A DNA stretch of 63,408 nucleotides, the filler included, from Reticulomyxa filosa (lineage: Eukaryota; Protista; Foraminifera): the NCBI GenBank assembly GCA_000512085.1. It is 19 parts of 19 records of this genome, joined end to end, with 100 filler letters (N's around TTAATTAATTAA, not from the genome) between each part and the next. Parts side by side here need not be neighbours in the genome. Positions count along the whole stretch, not along the records: positions 34,941 to 40,986 come from ASPP01021173.1; positions 41,087 to 42,433 come from ASPP01038169.1; positions 42,534 to 47,543 come from ASPP01012848.1; positions 47,644 to 48,839 come from ASPP01012436.1; positions 48,940 to 51,853 come from ASPP01000621.1; 14 more parts are not named here. One strand, written 5' to 3'. The translations under genes and the position numbers were made by a program. Under the pieces are notes generated by a model. It was given only the letters and a program-made list of their open reading frames with translations, made no database searches and was not told the origin of the DNA. Numbering within the stretch: the stretch's first letter is position 1; every line of letters begins with the position of its first letter. Positions 37,647-50,144 of this stretch are shown piece after piece.

Positions 37647-37856
37647 ATAAATGGATACATATTCTTTAACTTGAACCTTTTTTTGTGTCAAGAACATATG
37701 CCAATGGTTTTATTTTGTTTGATGCAGTTTATAATCAACGACAGTACTTAAATCAAACCGTGACATTTTTTGCGTTCGTATGTGTAGTTTATTTTTCTAA
37801 AAAAAGAAAATTAAAAGGGGTAAGTGCGGGGAAAAAAAGTGCAATTTTTAGTGATC

Positions 37857-40647
37857 ATGTTACGCATCGCACAAAAATCGCGTTCGATAGCCCCATTGCG
37901 TGGCGTATCCGTTGCATTTCGTAGATTTGGTTCAAGATATGTTACAAGTGGCGTAATTAGCCCGCAACGTTCAAAATTGGCAGGCACAACTTGGCGGCAT
38001 AGCAATTTGTTTCAAGCATTGCGATCTTTTGCAAGTTGAGTGAATTTTCAATCGCGTTAGAATATAAAAAAAAAAAAGAGGGAAAAGAATAACTTGGGAG
38101 TTAAGAACGACAACGTTAAAGAGACTGTTGTGTATGTTGGAAAACAGGTGGCGCGGGAAACTGTTAAGTCGATATCTAACATTCATTCCGCATGTGCCGG
38201 AATGAGAAATCAAAGGCGAGAGCTTTTCAAAAGGACATTTTTTTAGGCATTGTTTCACATTTGAGTAGGAGAGGAAGGGAAAAGAGAGAAAATGAAAGGA
38301 AAAGATCTTCAAATTCAGTTGATTCCAATTGTGCAAAAAAAAAAAAAATAGGATACATACATATACATATATAGTGCCCCCACATGAAATTCATACCATG
38401 CCTGCCTTAAGCCCGACTGCAACCGATGGGGCAATAGTAGAATGGTTGTTAAAGGAGGGAGACAAAATTGAAGAAGGCACTGAAATTGCTCAGGTACTTT
38501 AATTTTTTTTAAAAAATGAACACTTTAGGAATTATTTGAAAAGGGGAAATACACGTTTCAAAAAAACAAAAAAAAAAAAAGAATTCAAACTGACAAGTCA
38601 GTTGTAGCATGGACATCGACGGACGAAGGATATTTGGCAAAACAGCTGAGTCCGGCAAACCCAGAAAAATTGCCAGTTGGAACGCCCATTGCAATCATAG
38701 TTCGCGACGCTTCTTCCGTAGCCGCATTTAAAGACGTTGATCCAAAGTCGTTCTCTCCTTCTTCGTCCAAGGCGTCATCATCAAGTTCATCTCAGGTTGG
38801 CCTCTTTTTGTATTTTTGCTTGTTAGGGCTTTCGAATACTCTTTTCTTTGTTTGTGATGTTAAATGTTCGTAGTCATCGCCATCGTCGTCTTCTTCGTCA
38901 AGCTCAAGCCAGAATAAACCTAAATTGCCTCCCAATCGTTACGGGAAAAAAAAAAGTGTTTTTTGACTGCTTTTCTTTCTCTCCGTATTTGTTGTATTTT
39001 CTTTGTGTCAAGAAAGAGAAACTGTCAAAAAATATCACAACCACACCTTGTGACTTTGCCACATCACGAAATAGTTCCTCCGCACCAAATACAAGGCATG
39101 CCTGCTCTGTCACCGACTGCTATTGATGGCGCAATTGCTGAATGGTTGCTCAAAGAAGGCGATCAACTTCAAGAGGGCACTGAAATTGCTTTAGTTTCGC
39201 TTCTTTTGTTATTATTTGTTTATACACAATCTTTTCAAATTCAAAAAGCAAATATAAACTTTTTTTTCCTCATTTAAAAAAAGTTGAAATGCAAAAGCTA
39301 TTTCAAAAATTTTTTTGTTGGTCCCCTTCTTAAACAATAGATAAAAACGGATAAGTCTGAAGTAGCTTGGGCTTCGATTGATGAGGGATATTTAGCGAAA
39401 CGCTTGTATGAGGCCAATCCAGACAAACGTCATTCTGTGGGGACTCCAATTGCTATTACTGTGACTGACCAATCTTATGTCAATGCCTTCAAAGATTTAG
39501 ACCCACAATTGTTCGCAGTTGAAAGTGCTCCTTCTGCAGACTCAGTTTGGCAAAATAAAAATGATTTTTAATATTTTTTTATTGCAACTATTTTTGTTTT
39601 ATTTCAGGAAAAGGCCACGAAGGAAGAGAAGAAACAAGAGAAACAACCAACATCAACTGCCACAGGTAAATAAATAAACAAATAAATGTTTCCAAACGAA
39701 ATGTAAACATTTTGTTTTTGTGTTGATTGATATTTTAAAAAGCATCACGAGAGGCAGCCTCACAAGCATCTGGTGATCGTATTTTTGCATCTCCATTTGC
39801 AAGAAAGCGAGCAAAAGAGTTAAATGTCTCATTGTCCGATATGGCAAAAGGTTCTGGTCTTCGTAATCGAATTACCGCCGCAGATGTCGAAAAAGCTTCA
39901 AGCGGTGTGAAAAAGAAAACAACAGCTCGAACTCCTTCTTCAGCAACAACAGCAATTAGAGATCGTTCTCATGTGGATATTCCATTATCCGAAATTCGTA
40001 AAATTATTGCTCGAAGATTGTCTGAATCAATGTCAACATCACCACATTATTATGTAACAGTGGAATGTGAAATGGACAATTTATTGGCAATGAGAAAAGA
40101 AATAAATGAAGGAGAAGAAGCTAAAGTATCTGTGAATGATTTTATTATTAAAGCAGCAGCTCATGCTATTCGTGATGTTCCTGATGTAAATGTCTCATGG
40201 CTTGGTGATAAAATTCGTAAATATAATTATGTTGATATATCTGTAGCAGTAGCAACACCTTCTGGATTAATTACCCCAATTGTTACTGATGCAGATAAAC
40301 GAGCACTTGGAGATATTTCTTCAACTGTGAAAGGACTTGCAGCACGTGCAAAAGATAATAAATTATTACCGCATGAATTTCAAGGTGGAACTTTAACTAT
40401 TAGTAATTTAGGAATGTATGGTGTTAAACAATTTACAGCTATTATTAATCCACCACAATCATGTATTATTGCAATTGGAGGAACTAATTCTGTTGTGAAA
40501 CCAGATGGAAAAGGAGGTTTTAAGAATGTGTCAACCATGTTATGTACCATTTCTTCTGATCATAGAACTGTTGATGGTGCATTAGCTGCACAATATATGC
40601 AAGCATTTAAAAAATACATTGAAAATCCTTCTAAACTCATGTTGTAA
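37857..40647 (+). CDS. DLAT: Dihydrolipoamide acetyltransferase (PDH E2) with two lipoyl domains
   Basis: Mitochondrial presequence; two MPALSPT...TDKS...EGYLAK lipoyl domains; PSBD (IFASPFARKRAKE...GSG..RITAADV); catalytic domain PHYY, GLITP, FQGGTLTISNLG, AIINPPQ, SDHRTVDGA with the catalytic His. Confidence 0.96.
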
Positions 40648-41339
40648 AATTTCCTTTTAAAGAGTGAAAAAAAAAAGAAGATACTTTGTTTTGTTTTCTT
40701 TACTTTTTTTAAAGCTAATTTGACAAAACATTTTGTTAAAATTTTAATGCAAAATAGCATTTTTTTTTGCCGACTTAACATAAAAAATTTTTCGAATTTT
40801 TTTTTAGCAAATTACATTATAATTAGTTTCGAACTTATTACATTCTTTTTGATCCAACAATTAATTCAATGAATTTATTCAAAAAGTTTTATTCGCCAAA
40901 TATGTCGTAGTATTCTTTTTTTTATCACTTACACGAACTTGTCGTCCTGACAATTTTTTTTTAAAAAAAAAAAGAAATCATTATGANNNNNNNNNNNNNN
41001 NNNNNNNNNNNNNNNNNNNNNNNNNNNNNNTTAATTAATTAANNNNNNNNNNNNNNNNNNNNNNNNNNNNNNNNNNNNNNNNNNNNTTATTATTTAAGTT
41101 TTGCATTGTCTGACACATTTAAATGATCGATAGATTGAGAGATAGAGATAAAGATATAATATAAATATAGAGAAAATGATATATTGGCACGCTAACACTA
41201 TACTTTAACAATTTGGCTCAATTGTCAACATCTATTAATAACAACAACACACATTTATTCGTATATTTTACTGTATAAATAAAAAAAACAAAGACTAAAC
41301 ATTAGAGTCATAATACAATAATCCAACTAAAGTTTTTAC

Positions 41340-42433
41340 TTTTTTGGTTGGTAAAATTGTTTAAAACAAAGTTGGAGCCTTGGTGGGAGATCTACGAGTT
41401 CGCCTTCTTGTTGGTGATATTCTTGTTGGTAACAAGGTTGGAACCCTAATGTTAAAAAAAAAAAAAAATAGATCCATTTGTTTCATAATATTTTCATTAG
41501 AAAAACAAAAAAAGAAATGATGATTGTTAAAAAATATACTTTGTGGGGTTACGGGTTGGAAGACGAGTAGGTCTGCGTATTGGAACATTGATTGATAAGA
41601 GTGTTGGTAGGAACTTTGGTTGGAGAACGAGTGGGTCTACGAATTGACCTTATTGTTGGCACTTTTGTTGGAGGTCTATATTTTGTCCATGTTCAAAAAA
41701 AAAAATGATTGATAAATTTATGGGAGGGAAAAGAAAAAAAACGAATACGTACTGCAAGTCGGTCTACGCATTGGCAATCTTGTAGGAAGTTTGATAAGTG
41801 TTCTTGTTGGCAGCAAAGTTGGAGCCATTGGTGGTGACTCTGGCAGGATGACGAGTATGTCCACGAGTTGGCCGTTTTGTTGGAAAATGAGTTGGTTTTT
41901 TGGTAGGTAATTGTGTTGAAGGTCTAGTTGGTACCCTTATTCAATTATTTTTGTCATTCAATGCATTTTCATAAAAAGAATGGAGTGTGTATGTAATAAC
42001 AAACAAACACTTACTTGGTGACAATTTCGTTGGCAATCTTGTTGATATTTTTGTTGAAACATTAGTTGTTCGTTTGATATGTGATCTTATTGGGACATTG
42101 GTTGGTCTTCTTGTTGTTGTTAATGTTGGTAACAATGTTATTTTTTAAAAAAAGCATAGCTATTTGTTCATAATATTTTCATTTTAAAAAACAAAAAAGA
42201 AATGATGTATACTTTGTGGTTGGAAGACGAGTAGATCTACGTGTTGGTCTTTTAGTTGGAGGACGTGTCGGTTTTTTGGTTGATACTCTTACTCTTGTTG
42301 GAACATTGGCTGGTCTTCTTATTGATAACAAAATTGAAGCCTTGGTAGAAACTTTGGTTGGAGGATGAGTGGGTCTACGAGTTTGTCGTCTGGTTGGTTT
42401 GTGAGTTGGCAATTTTGTAGTTGGCCTTGTTTG
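41340..42433 (-). CDS. Pro/Thr/Arg-rich PT-repeat (mucin/extensin-like) multi-exon gene fragment, possibly decayed
   Basis: Repeated PTRRPT/PTKxPT peptides in several short exons; duplicated exon-intron unit 41478-41580 vs 42161-42242. Confidence 0.6.
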
Positions 42434-42588
42434 NNNNNNNNNNNNNNNNNNNNNNNNNNNNNNNNNNNNNNNNNNNNTTAATTAATTAANNNNNNNNNNN
42501 NNNNNNNNNNNNNNNNNNNNNNNNNNNNNNNNNAAAAAAAAATTTGGAGCCATAATAATACTCTGTTTTTTTTATGTATATAAAACAG

Positions 42589-44675
42589 AGTTAGATTGGA
42601 CAGGAGTTGAAAAAGACATTCCCCAGAAAATACATCCGACCAACACATCGATCATTGACACGGAAAGTGAGACGGAAACCGACACCGAGGTCGTGTTTGT
42701 GCGAGCGCTGGAGTACATCAAACGCAAAGCAATGGACTGTTTTTCAGAGAAGAAAGTGGCGATTGACAATGTGAAAGACATCCAGTGGATAGTGACAGTG
42801 CCAGCAATTTGGAGTGACCGGTCCAAAGGCTTGATGATGAAATGGGCGGAGAAAGCAGGATTGATCAGTTCGGCCACTCCAAACCAGTTGATCATCGCAT
42901 ACGAGCCAGAGTGTGCGAGCATTAGTATTCTGTGTGAAATGTATGATCAAGGGCATGTTGACTTTGGGTATGTTTTTGTTGTTGTTTTTTTTTTTTTTTT
43001 TTTTGGAAAACACATGCAAAATACGTATACATATATAGAGAGAGAAAGGGGAGAGTGGATAAATCTCAATAAATAAATAAAAAAATAAATAAAAAATAAA
43101 AAAAGTAAGAGCCAAAGATGATGAAAAGAAAGGAGATGATGAAAAGAAAGGAGACGAGAAAAAGAAAGCCACAATGTTGATGTGTGGTGACGGTTACATG
43201 ATGTTAGACTTAGGAGGTGGGACGGCTGATATTGTGTGCCACGAAATTAAAGGCGCATTTGACGTCCGTGAGTTGATAGCGCCGTCGGGAGGAGCTTGGG
43301 GGAGTACGTATATCGACCAAGCCTTTGAGGCGCTGTTGACGGATATCTTTGGATTCCAAGCCATGCAAGAATTCAAAGCGCTGTTCCCAACTAAATATCG
43401 TGAGCTCATATCCAATTTCGAAAAAAGCAAATGCGAGTTTTACAAAGGCGAAAACAACTGCAATTCACACCCTTCCAAGGCTCGCGCTCGCAAACATAAT
43501 GTCGCCTTGCCTGTAGAGTTTGATATTTTCATGAACGAAAAACACGAAGACTTGGAGCAATTGGTTTATGACTACGAATTCAAAGGATCTTCTGGGTAAG
43601 TCATCATTACATATATGTACGTTATATGATGTATGTGTACATATATATGCATATATGTACAAATAAAAGAGTTATACCTTTTCACATACTTATACAAATA
43701 AATAAATATATGTATATATGTGTATATATGTACATATTAGAGAGATTGACTACATTGGATCATGCCTACGATTATCATTCAAAATATGGAAGCAATTGTT
43801 TGATGGCATAATTGACCTGATTATAAACCATGTGAAAACATTGCTTAGTACGTACAGTAGCGTGTTGAAAGACAAGCTGAAATGCATGTGTTTGGTCGGT
43901 GGCTTTAGTCAATCCGAATACCTGCAATCGAGAATCACGGCCGAGTTTGGGGATAAATACAAACTTGTTATCCCTCGATACCCAATCTTGTCCGTGGTTG
44001 ACGGAGCCGCACGCTTGGGGAAAATTTCACACTTTGTCAACTCCAGAATTGTCAATAAAACATATGGAGTCAGTTGTGCTATGCATATTTTGGAGGCCAA
44101 CGAAAACCCGGGCATTACTCCGGAATACATCCAATCCCATACATTTGTCAGCCCTCTTGATGGAGAAGAGTATGTTAATGGGTGTTTTGACGCTTTTATT
44201 CATAAAGGCGAGGAAGTCAAAGTCAATCAGGTTACTTTTTTTTTTTTTTTTTATTGAAACAACTCTTAAAAAAAAAAATTGGAGGCAGAAGAAACTTAGA
44301 ATAAAAAAAGAGGATAAATTTTTTATTTTTTTTTTTGGTGGACCTCAAATTGAATTGTGACAAAAGGTAATTGAACGCTCGTGCATTGGTGCACTCCAAG
44401 ATTGCTGGGATGATAGTGATCATTACGATATTGCACTCATTTTTGCCACTGATGAAGAAAATCCCGCTGTGACCACCGGATTGAAACCTTTGGCGGCTAT
44501 CCAAATCCAATTGCCAAAAAACTTACAAAATGTTTCCTACAAATTGACCAACCGTTTTTATTTTGGCAACACCACTTTGAAAATTACTACCCTGCTCACC
44601 ACCGATGAAAATGAACGCATTGAAAACGAAGTACAAATTGACTACGATTATCAGTTTAAAACATTAAACCAATGA
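42589..44675 (+). CDS. HSPA12-like atypical Hsp70 (5' truncated), 4 exons visible
   Basis: IQWIVTVPAIWSD, IIAYEPECAS, YMMLDLGGGTADI, PSGGAWGSTYID, CLVGGFSQSEYLQ and FYFGNTTLK are HSPA12-family motifs. Confidence 0.9.
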
Positions 44676-44920
44676 ATTAGTGGGGAATTTGTTTCGAATA
44701 TGAATTTTTTTAAAATGTTTTAAAAAGTCACTAATGTAATAATTCTGATCCTAATATACTAATTTTTATTATTTTTCTTCTTAATGGCCATTTTATCTAA
44801 ACTTAAACATCAAATCAAGTGATTCACCACATTTTTTAGAGCTTTAGATACTGATTAACAAACCAGTAGCCAAAACCCCTAAAAAAAATTATTTTTTTTA
44901 AGTGAACTGAACATATCATC

Positions 44921-45634
44921 ATGTCCATAAAAATATTCGGAAAATCGAATACACAAATTTTTGGTAAATGCAAACTCCCTCGCTTGGCTTGGAGTCAGAG
45001 ATGTTATATCACAGTTGGACACAGATTGGGAATGAAAACACGACCGTGTGCAGTTTTGTTCCGCGCTGATATTTTCAAGAATTCGCACCAAAGTTTTTCG
45101 GCTCAGCCAAGCTCGACAGACCTGACAGAGGTCAAGAAGGAAATAGCAAAAGAAGTAAAAGAAAACCCAATATTCTTGTACATGAAGGGAACACCAGATG
45201 CGCCAATGTGTGGCTTTTCAAAAAATGTGGTAATGATTTTGAATGCAATGGGTTAAGTAGCAAAAATTTAATATTTGTTGAAACAACTCTAATGTTGTCA
45301 TTATTTTTATTATTTATTTTTTACATTTATACAAATATATAAAGAAGTTAATTTTAAGTCGCGAAATATCTTGCAATATCCTGAATTTCGAGTAGCTGTA
45401 AAAGAGTACAGGTTTTTAAAATCTTGTTTGTATATTTTTTGTCTGACTGTTGCGTGACACTTGCTCACAATTGCTGACGATACAAACAGCAATTTCCCGA
45501 CTTTTCCACAATTATATGTTGGTGGAGAGTTAGTTGGAGGAAATGACATTGTGGTGGAAATGTTCAAAAGTGGAGAGTTGGAACAACTCTTTGATAAAGC
45601 TACTAAGGATTCTAATAAATCAGACCAAAAGTAA
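44921..45634 (+). CDS. GRX5: Mitochondrial monothiol glutaredoxin (CGFS type), 3 exons
   Basis: Presequence, then [15 protein letters not shown] | [20 protein letters not shown] | [30 protein letters not shown]. Confidence 0.93.
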
Positions 45635-46608
45635 AATTAAATTGCTCAAATCTAATGCAGTCACATTCGGCTTCTGTTTAATTTCATTTTATTTTATTTG
45701 TTGTTAAACACTTGGTCACAACTTTAAAATGAATCAATTCAAATTATAATTGTTTCGCTCTTCAATCTTGCATGCCTCTTTATTTTTTATAATGACATAG
45801 AATCTGTAAGCTCAATGTTAATCTTTTTTTCATTCAAAGTGAAAGATTTTAAGAATCCAAGACATCACCCCAAAAACTATGCTGTGTGATTCATTGTTGA
45901 TAATGTCTAACTAAGATGCTCATTGTCCTTTTTCATTTGATCTTCAGTAACAATAAAAGTATCTCTATCCTTTTGCTTTTTGTGGACATGTTTTTCTCTT
46001 TGTTTTATTTCTGGTTTGTGTTCTTTTGAATCAAATTGTTTAAATTATGATTTGGCAGTTTATTTCCGGTACGTTTTTAAAATGTGTTTCTGTTTGCAAA
46101 GTCAATTGAATAAAAATAATTGTATTGCAAAATCGAAGTGAGAGCAAAGAGTAAAACGAAGGGTGTTATAATGAATTGATGACTTAGCGACAAAGAAAAT
46201 AAGATTAAAATGAAAGAAATGATTTAAAAAACAAAAATAAAAAGAAACAAACATAATTGATTCTTGAAAAAAGAACATTTGAAAGGCTAGTTTAATTTAA
46301 ATTTTCATCATTTTATAATTTCTTATTATTATTTCTATATTTTAACTAACTTTATAATTTTCGAGGATATCTTTGTTGGCGTGATTATACGTTTCGAAAT
46401 GGAATGATTATGATTCGTATGCAATTTTTTGATTTACTTCTATGGAAGGACAATGCCGTTATTGTTGTAAAAACGGGAAAAACCAAAAAACGACTACAAA
46501 ACAACAAACAAACTAGTAACAAGCAAGGCAAAGGGAAAGCACTAAGTCTTAAATTTTTATGGCCACAGTACCAAAGAAGACAGCAAATAGAAACACTAAA
46601 TGTGATAT

Positions 46609-47440
46609 CATGACAACATTAGGGAACTCTTGGAAGAGACTAAACAAAATTAACAGTAACGAAGACAGCAATGAAGCAATGAAAATGCGTCCTCGTTGCA
46701 AACGAAGAAGCGAAAAGCGCCAAAAAAGCAAACGAAAGTCGATCCCTTCATTAGACGTCGCAGATCGAATATTAATGGACTTGTTGGAAGAGCAAAAGCA
46801 AAGACGACGACACACTAGTTGCAATGGGATCACCGAAAACACGGAGGTGCAAAGTGAGGAGCAATTCGAGACAAAAGGTCATTCGGCAATGGGCGATAAC
46901 AAGAACAACAATGACAATAACAATTCAAATCAGCAAACAGTCGACTTTTTTGTTGATTCTCAAACGAACAACGACCCCCCAATTTATTCTTACAAAAAGC
47001 TCCCCAAATCACAGTCCGATGTTGTATCAATACCATTTATCATAGAACCACATAAAATGAGTACGTGTTGGATTTAAACAAAAACAAAACAAAAAAAAAA
47101 AATTATTTTAAAATTATTTATTATTATTATTATTATTTTTTTTTTTAATGAATTGTGGGAAACTGGGAAAGACAACGACAGATTGGAAGAAGAGGAGGAA
47201 GAAAAAGACAAAGTGGACTGGGACACGAATACAGACGAAGGAAATGAAATGACCCCCTCGGACAGTGAATCCCAACTGAACTTTGAAAAACGCGTCCCTG
47301 CAATGGACGACCACTTGCCACTACATTCCGACAATGTCCAAGGCACTCTCATGGCGTGTCGTAAACCGCCGCCCGCAAGTGGGTTTGCATATGGCAATTG
47401 GAATGATGACACGTCATCACCTTACACAAAGACAAGTTGG
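46609..47440 (+). CDS. Hypothetical low-complexity protein, N-terminal exons
   Basis: Two ORFs separated by AT-rich intron-like tracts; basic NLS-like KRRSEKRQKSKRK and an acidic run; cut by the contig end. Confidence 0.5.
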
Positions 47441-47664
47441 GCCGTTTGTAATGTTCATTATACGTATACATATATGCATATATACATATATACACATATA
47501 TATGTATATACATATATATATATATATATATTATATTATATTANNNNNNNNNNNNNNNNNNNNNNNNNNNNNNNNNNNNNNNNNNNNTTAATTAATTAAN
47601 NNNNNNNNNNNNNNNNNNNNNNNNNNNNNNNNNNNNNNNNNNNAAAAAAAAAACAAAACAAAAC

Positions 47665-48765
47665 TCCAGCAGAAACAATAGTGTTTTGAGTGGGATGCCA
47701 GGCGCAATCACGTAAGATAGCACTATGGCCAGGAATTTTGTGATGTAGCTTTCCGGTCAAAGTTTCATAGATGCACAAGCTGCCGTCGGCGGAGCCGCAG
47801 TAAACAAACTTGTGTGCGGTGGTGGCAAAAGGCTAAAGTCGCTTCGGATCAAAGTGGTGGACACTTGATGCGACCCAGTGTACGTCTGCAAAGAGCGATC
47901 GAGTCGAAGCTTTTGGTTGTTGTGTTGGGCACTCCTTCTCCATTGTCGATAGCGATAATCGTGTTGCGAGGTGAGATTCTGCAATTCGCCAGCAATGCCA
48001 TCACATTCGGCGACGGAATTGATGAGTCGCATATCCCACAGTTTCATGGATTGGTCTTTGCTGTTGGATAGAATGTATTTATTTTCGCAACTGCTGACGC
48101 AAGTGATTCCTTGGTAATGTCCAATGAAGCCACCGACACAAGCACGATGTTTGTCGATGCGTTTATCCCACACTTTGATTAGGCCATCGTCACTGCCACT
48201 GACAATGATATGTTCATTCAGCCACGTCGATTGGTTCACATCGTCGCCATGCGCATTAGGCCACGAGCACTCGCGTTGCTTGCGTTCAATGTTGTAAATG
48301 GTGAGTTCGCCATTGCTACTTGCACAGGTCAGACGCTCCGACAAAGGATCAAACTCCACGCCGAATATGCAACAACGTCCTCGACCGGCTAATATTTCGT
48401 GTGCCTCATGCAATTCATGATCTCCATAAATGTTCACCAATGCCACGTCATTGCACCAACCCGAGTAACATACCCACTTCAAATCATTAGACAAGGCTAC
48501 GTCGATTATACTCCATCCGCTGAAACTACCTTCCACTTGCTTGTACACCTTCCAACGATCGTACTCGTGCGTGTCACTGCAGTCCAACAAGTGGATCATG
48601 TGGTCTTGCGTCGCACAACACAACACGCTCCCGTCGCGGCTTATCTCGCAACAAAATGCCCGGTGGTCGCTCTTCCAACCGCACTGCACCTTCGTTATCG
48701 GGTGTCTCTCGTGCATATACACACTGTATTCGCTTCCCGGGGTACACTTCAAACCATACATCTCA
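47665..48765 (-). CDS. DCAF11: DCAF11/WDR23 (LEC14B-like) WD40 protein, internal exon
   Basis: GWSIIDVALS, AHGDDVN, SGSDDGLIKVWDKR, GGFIGHYQGIT, LSNSKDQSMKLWDMR, DYRY, TYTGSHQVSTTLIRSDFS[P]...FVYCGSADG, GHSAILRDCAWHP; one missing C near 47831. Confidence 0.88.
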
Positions 48766-48806
48766 CGCTATGTTTCCACAACACAAATATATTTATTTAT
48801 TTGTTT

Positions 48807-48839
<33 letters not shown>

Positions 48840-48939
48840 NNNNNNNNNNNNNNNNNNNNNNNNNNNNNNNNNNNNNNNNNNNNTTAATTAATTAANNNNN
48901 NNNNNNNNNNNNNNNNNNNNNNNNNNNNNNNNNNNNNNN

Positions 48940-49600
48940 CATGAGACTTCAACAATTCGAAAACAAGGCTCAGAGGATTCAGTTGAGCATTAGCATTGCT
49001 TCATGTAATTCCCACCTGACCATTCCACAGGGAAGAGCCAAATTTGTTTTCACAACCGTTGATTGATCTCGCCTTACAACCTTTGAGATTTTTTTTTATT
49101 TTATTTTAAAGATTAAATTAAAACTTAAAATTTTTTTTTTCACTTGTTGATTGTGTGTGAGTTTTTGATATGCTTTGTTGATCTTTCCCTTTTTTTGTTT
49201 GTTTTTATTAGAGTACTGTGTTCCTTTTGGGACGAGGTGCTCATTTTAACTTGAATAAGATATCATTCTTGCTAAAAAAAAAAGCATTGGAATGTGTGAG
49301 TAATCATTACAGATCACATTGTGGAAGTGATTATTTTCACTGATTGCAAGTTCGTGATTAACATCTATAAATTGTCAATTATGGATTGTCAGAAAATTTT
49401 GAGATAATTTAATGAAGATAATATTCCAGAGATCTATTAAATCAAAGGTCATTCTGGGATACCTGGAAATGATAAAGCGGATCTATTTGCAAATAATGCT
49501 CGCAAGAAAGCCCAGCAATTGCAACTAACATGGATCAGCGGCATTCATGAACAGCCATGGACTGAATCCTTTCTTCACACAGTAATGGAACAGACATTTA
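48940..49600 (+). mobile_element. Non-LTR retrotransposon remnant: 3'-UTR-like block plus RNase H fragment
   Basis: IFTDCK...IPEIY*IKGHSGIPGNDKADLFANNARKKA (49330-49512) matches the retroelement RNase H WxxGHxGxxGNExAD motif. Block 48945-49280 recurs at 59480-59785. Confidence 0.85.
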
Positions 49601-50144
49601 ATTTTTAAAAAAATTCTAGACCCTTACTGCAAAAGTTTTTATTTAGGTAAGTAAAGCAAGATATTTGAAGCTCAATAGTGAAGGGACAAAATGTAAAATA
49701 CATCTACACAAGACTGCGTGAAGTCCAGCAGCAAAAAAAATGCAAAACCGAAAAAACGAACATTGCGTGGAGGCCAAAGGCTTCCTCGCGAGACAAACGC
49801 TCAAGGCATGTTTTTGCTACAAACCCTGGGAACACTGGAAAACACGATACAAAACATGGCAAATTTCAAGAGTTGCAAAATCTGGATGAATTAATAATTA
49901 GTCTTAGGACTTGCAAAGACCAAAGAGTATCAATTGGTCAAGTAATTTGATTATTTCTATTTCATTATTTTGAATTGAAATATTCGTGAAAATTCTCATT
50001 TAGCACATTTTAAAGTTTTTGAGGATACAGAGTTGGAGCAAACTTCATGATGTTCCAAAATTCTATGAAAGAAATAGTAAAATACAATATCAAACAAGCA
50101 AATAAAAATCAAAGAATACAAATAGAACAGAAAATGGAAGAAAA

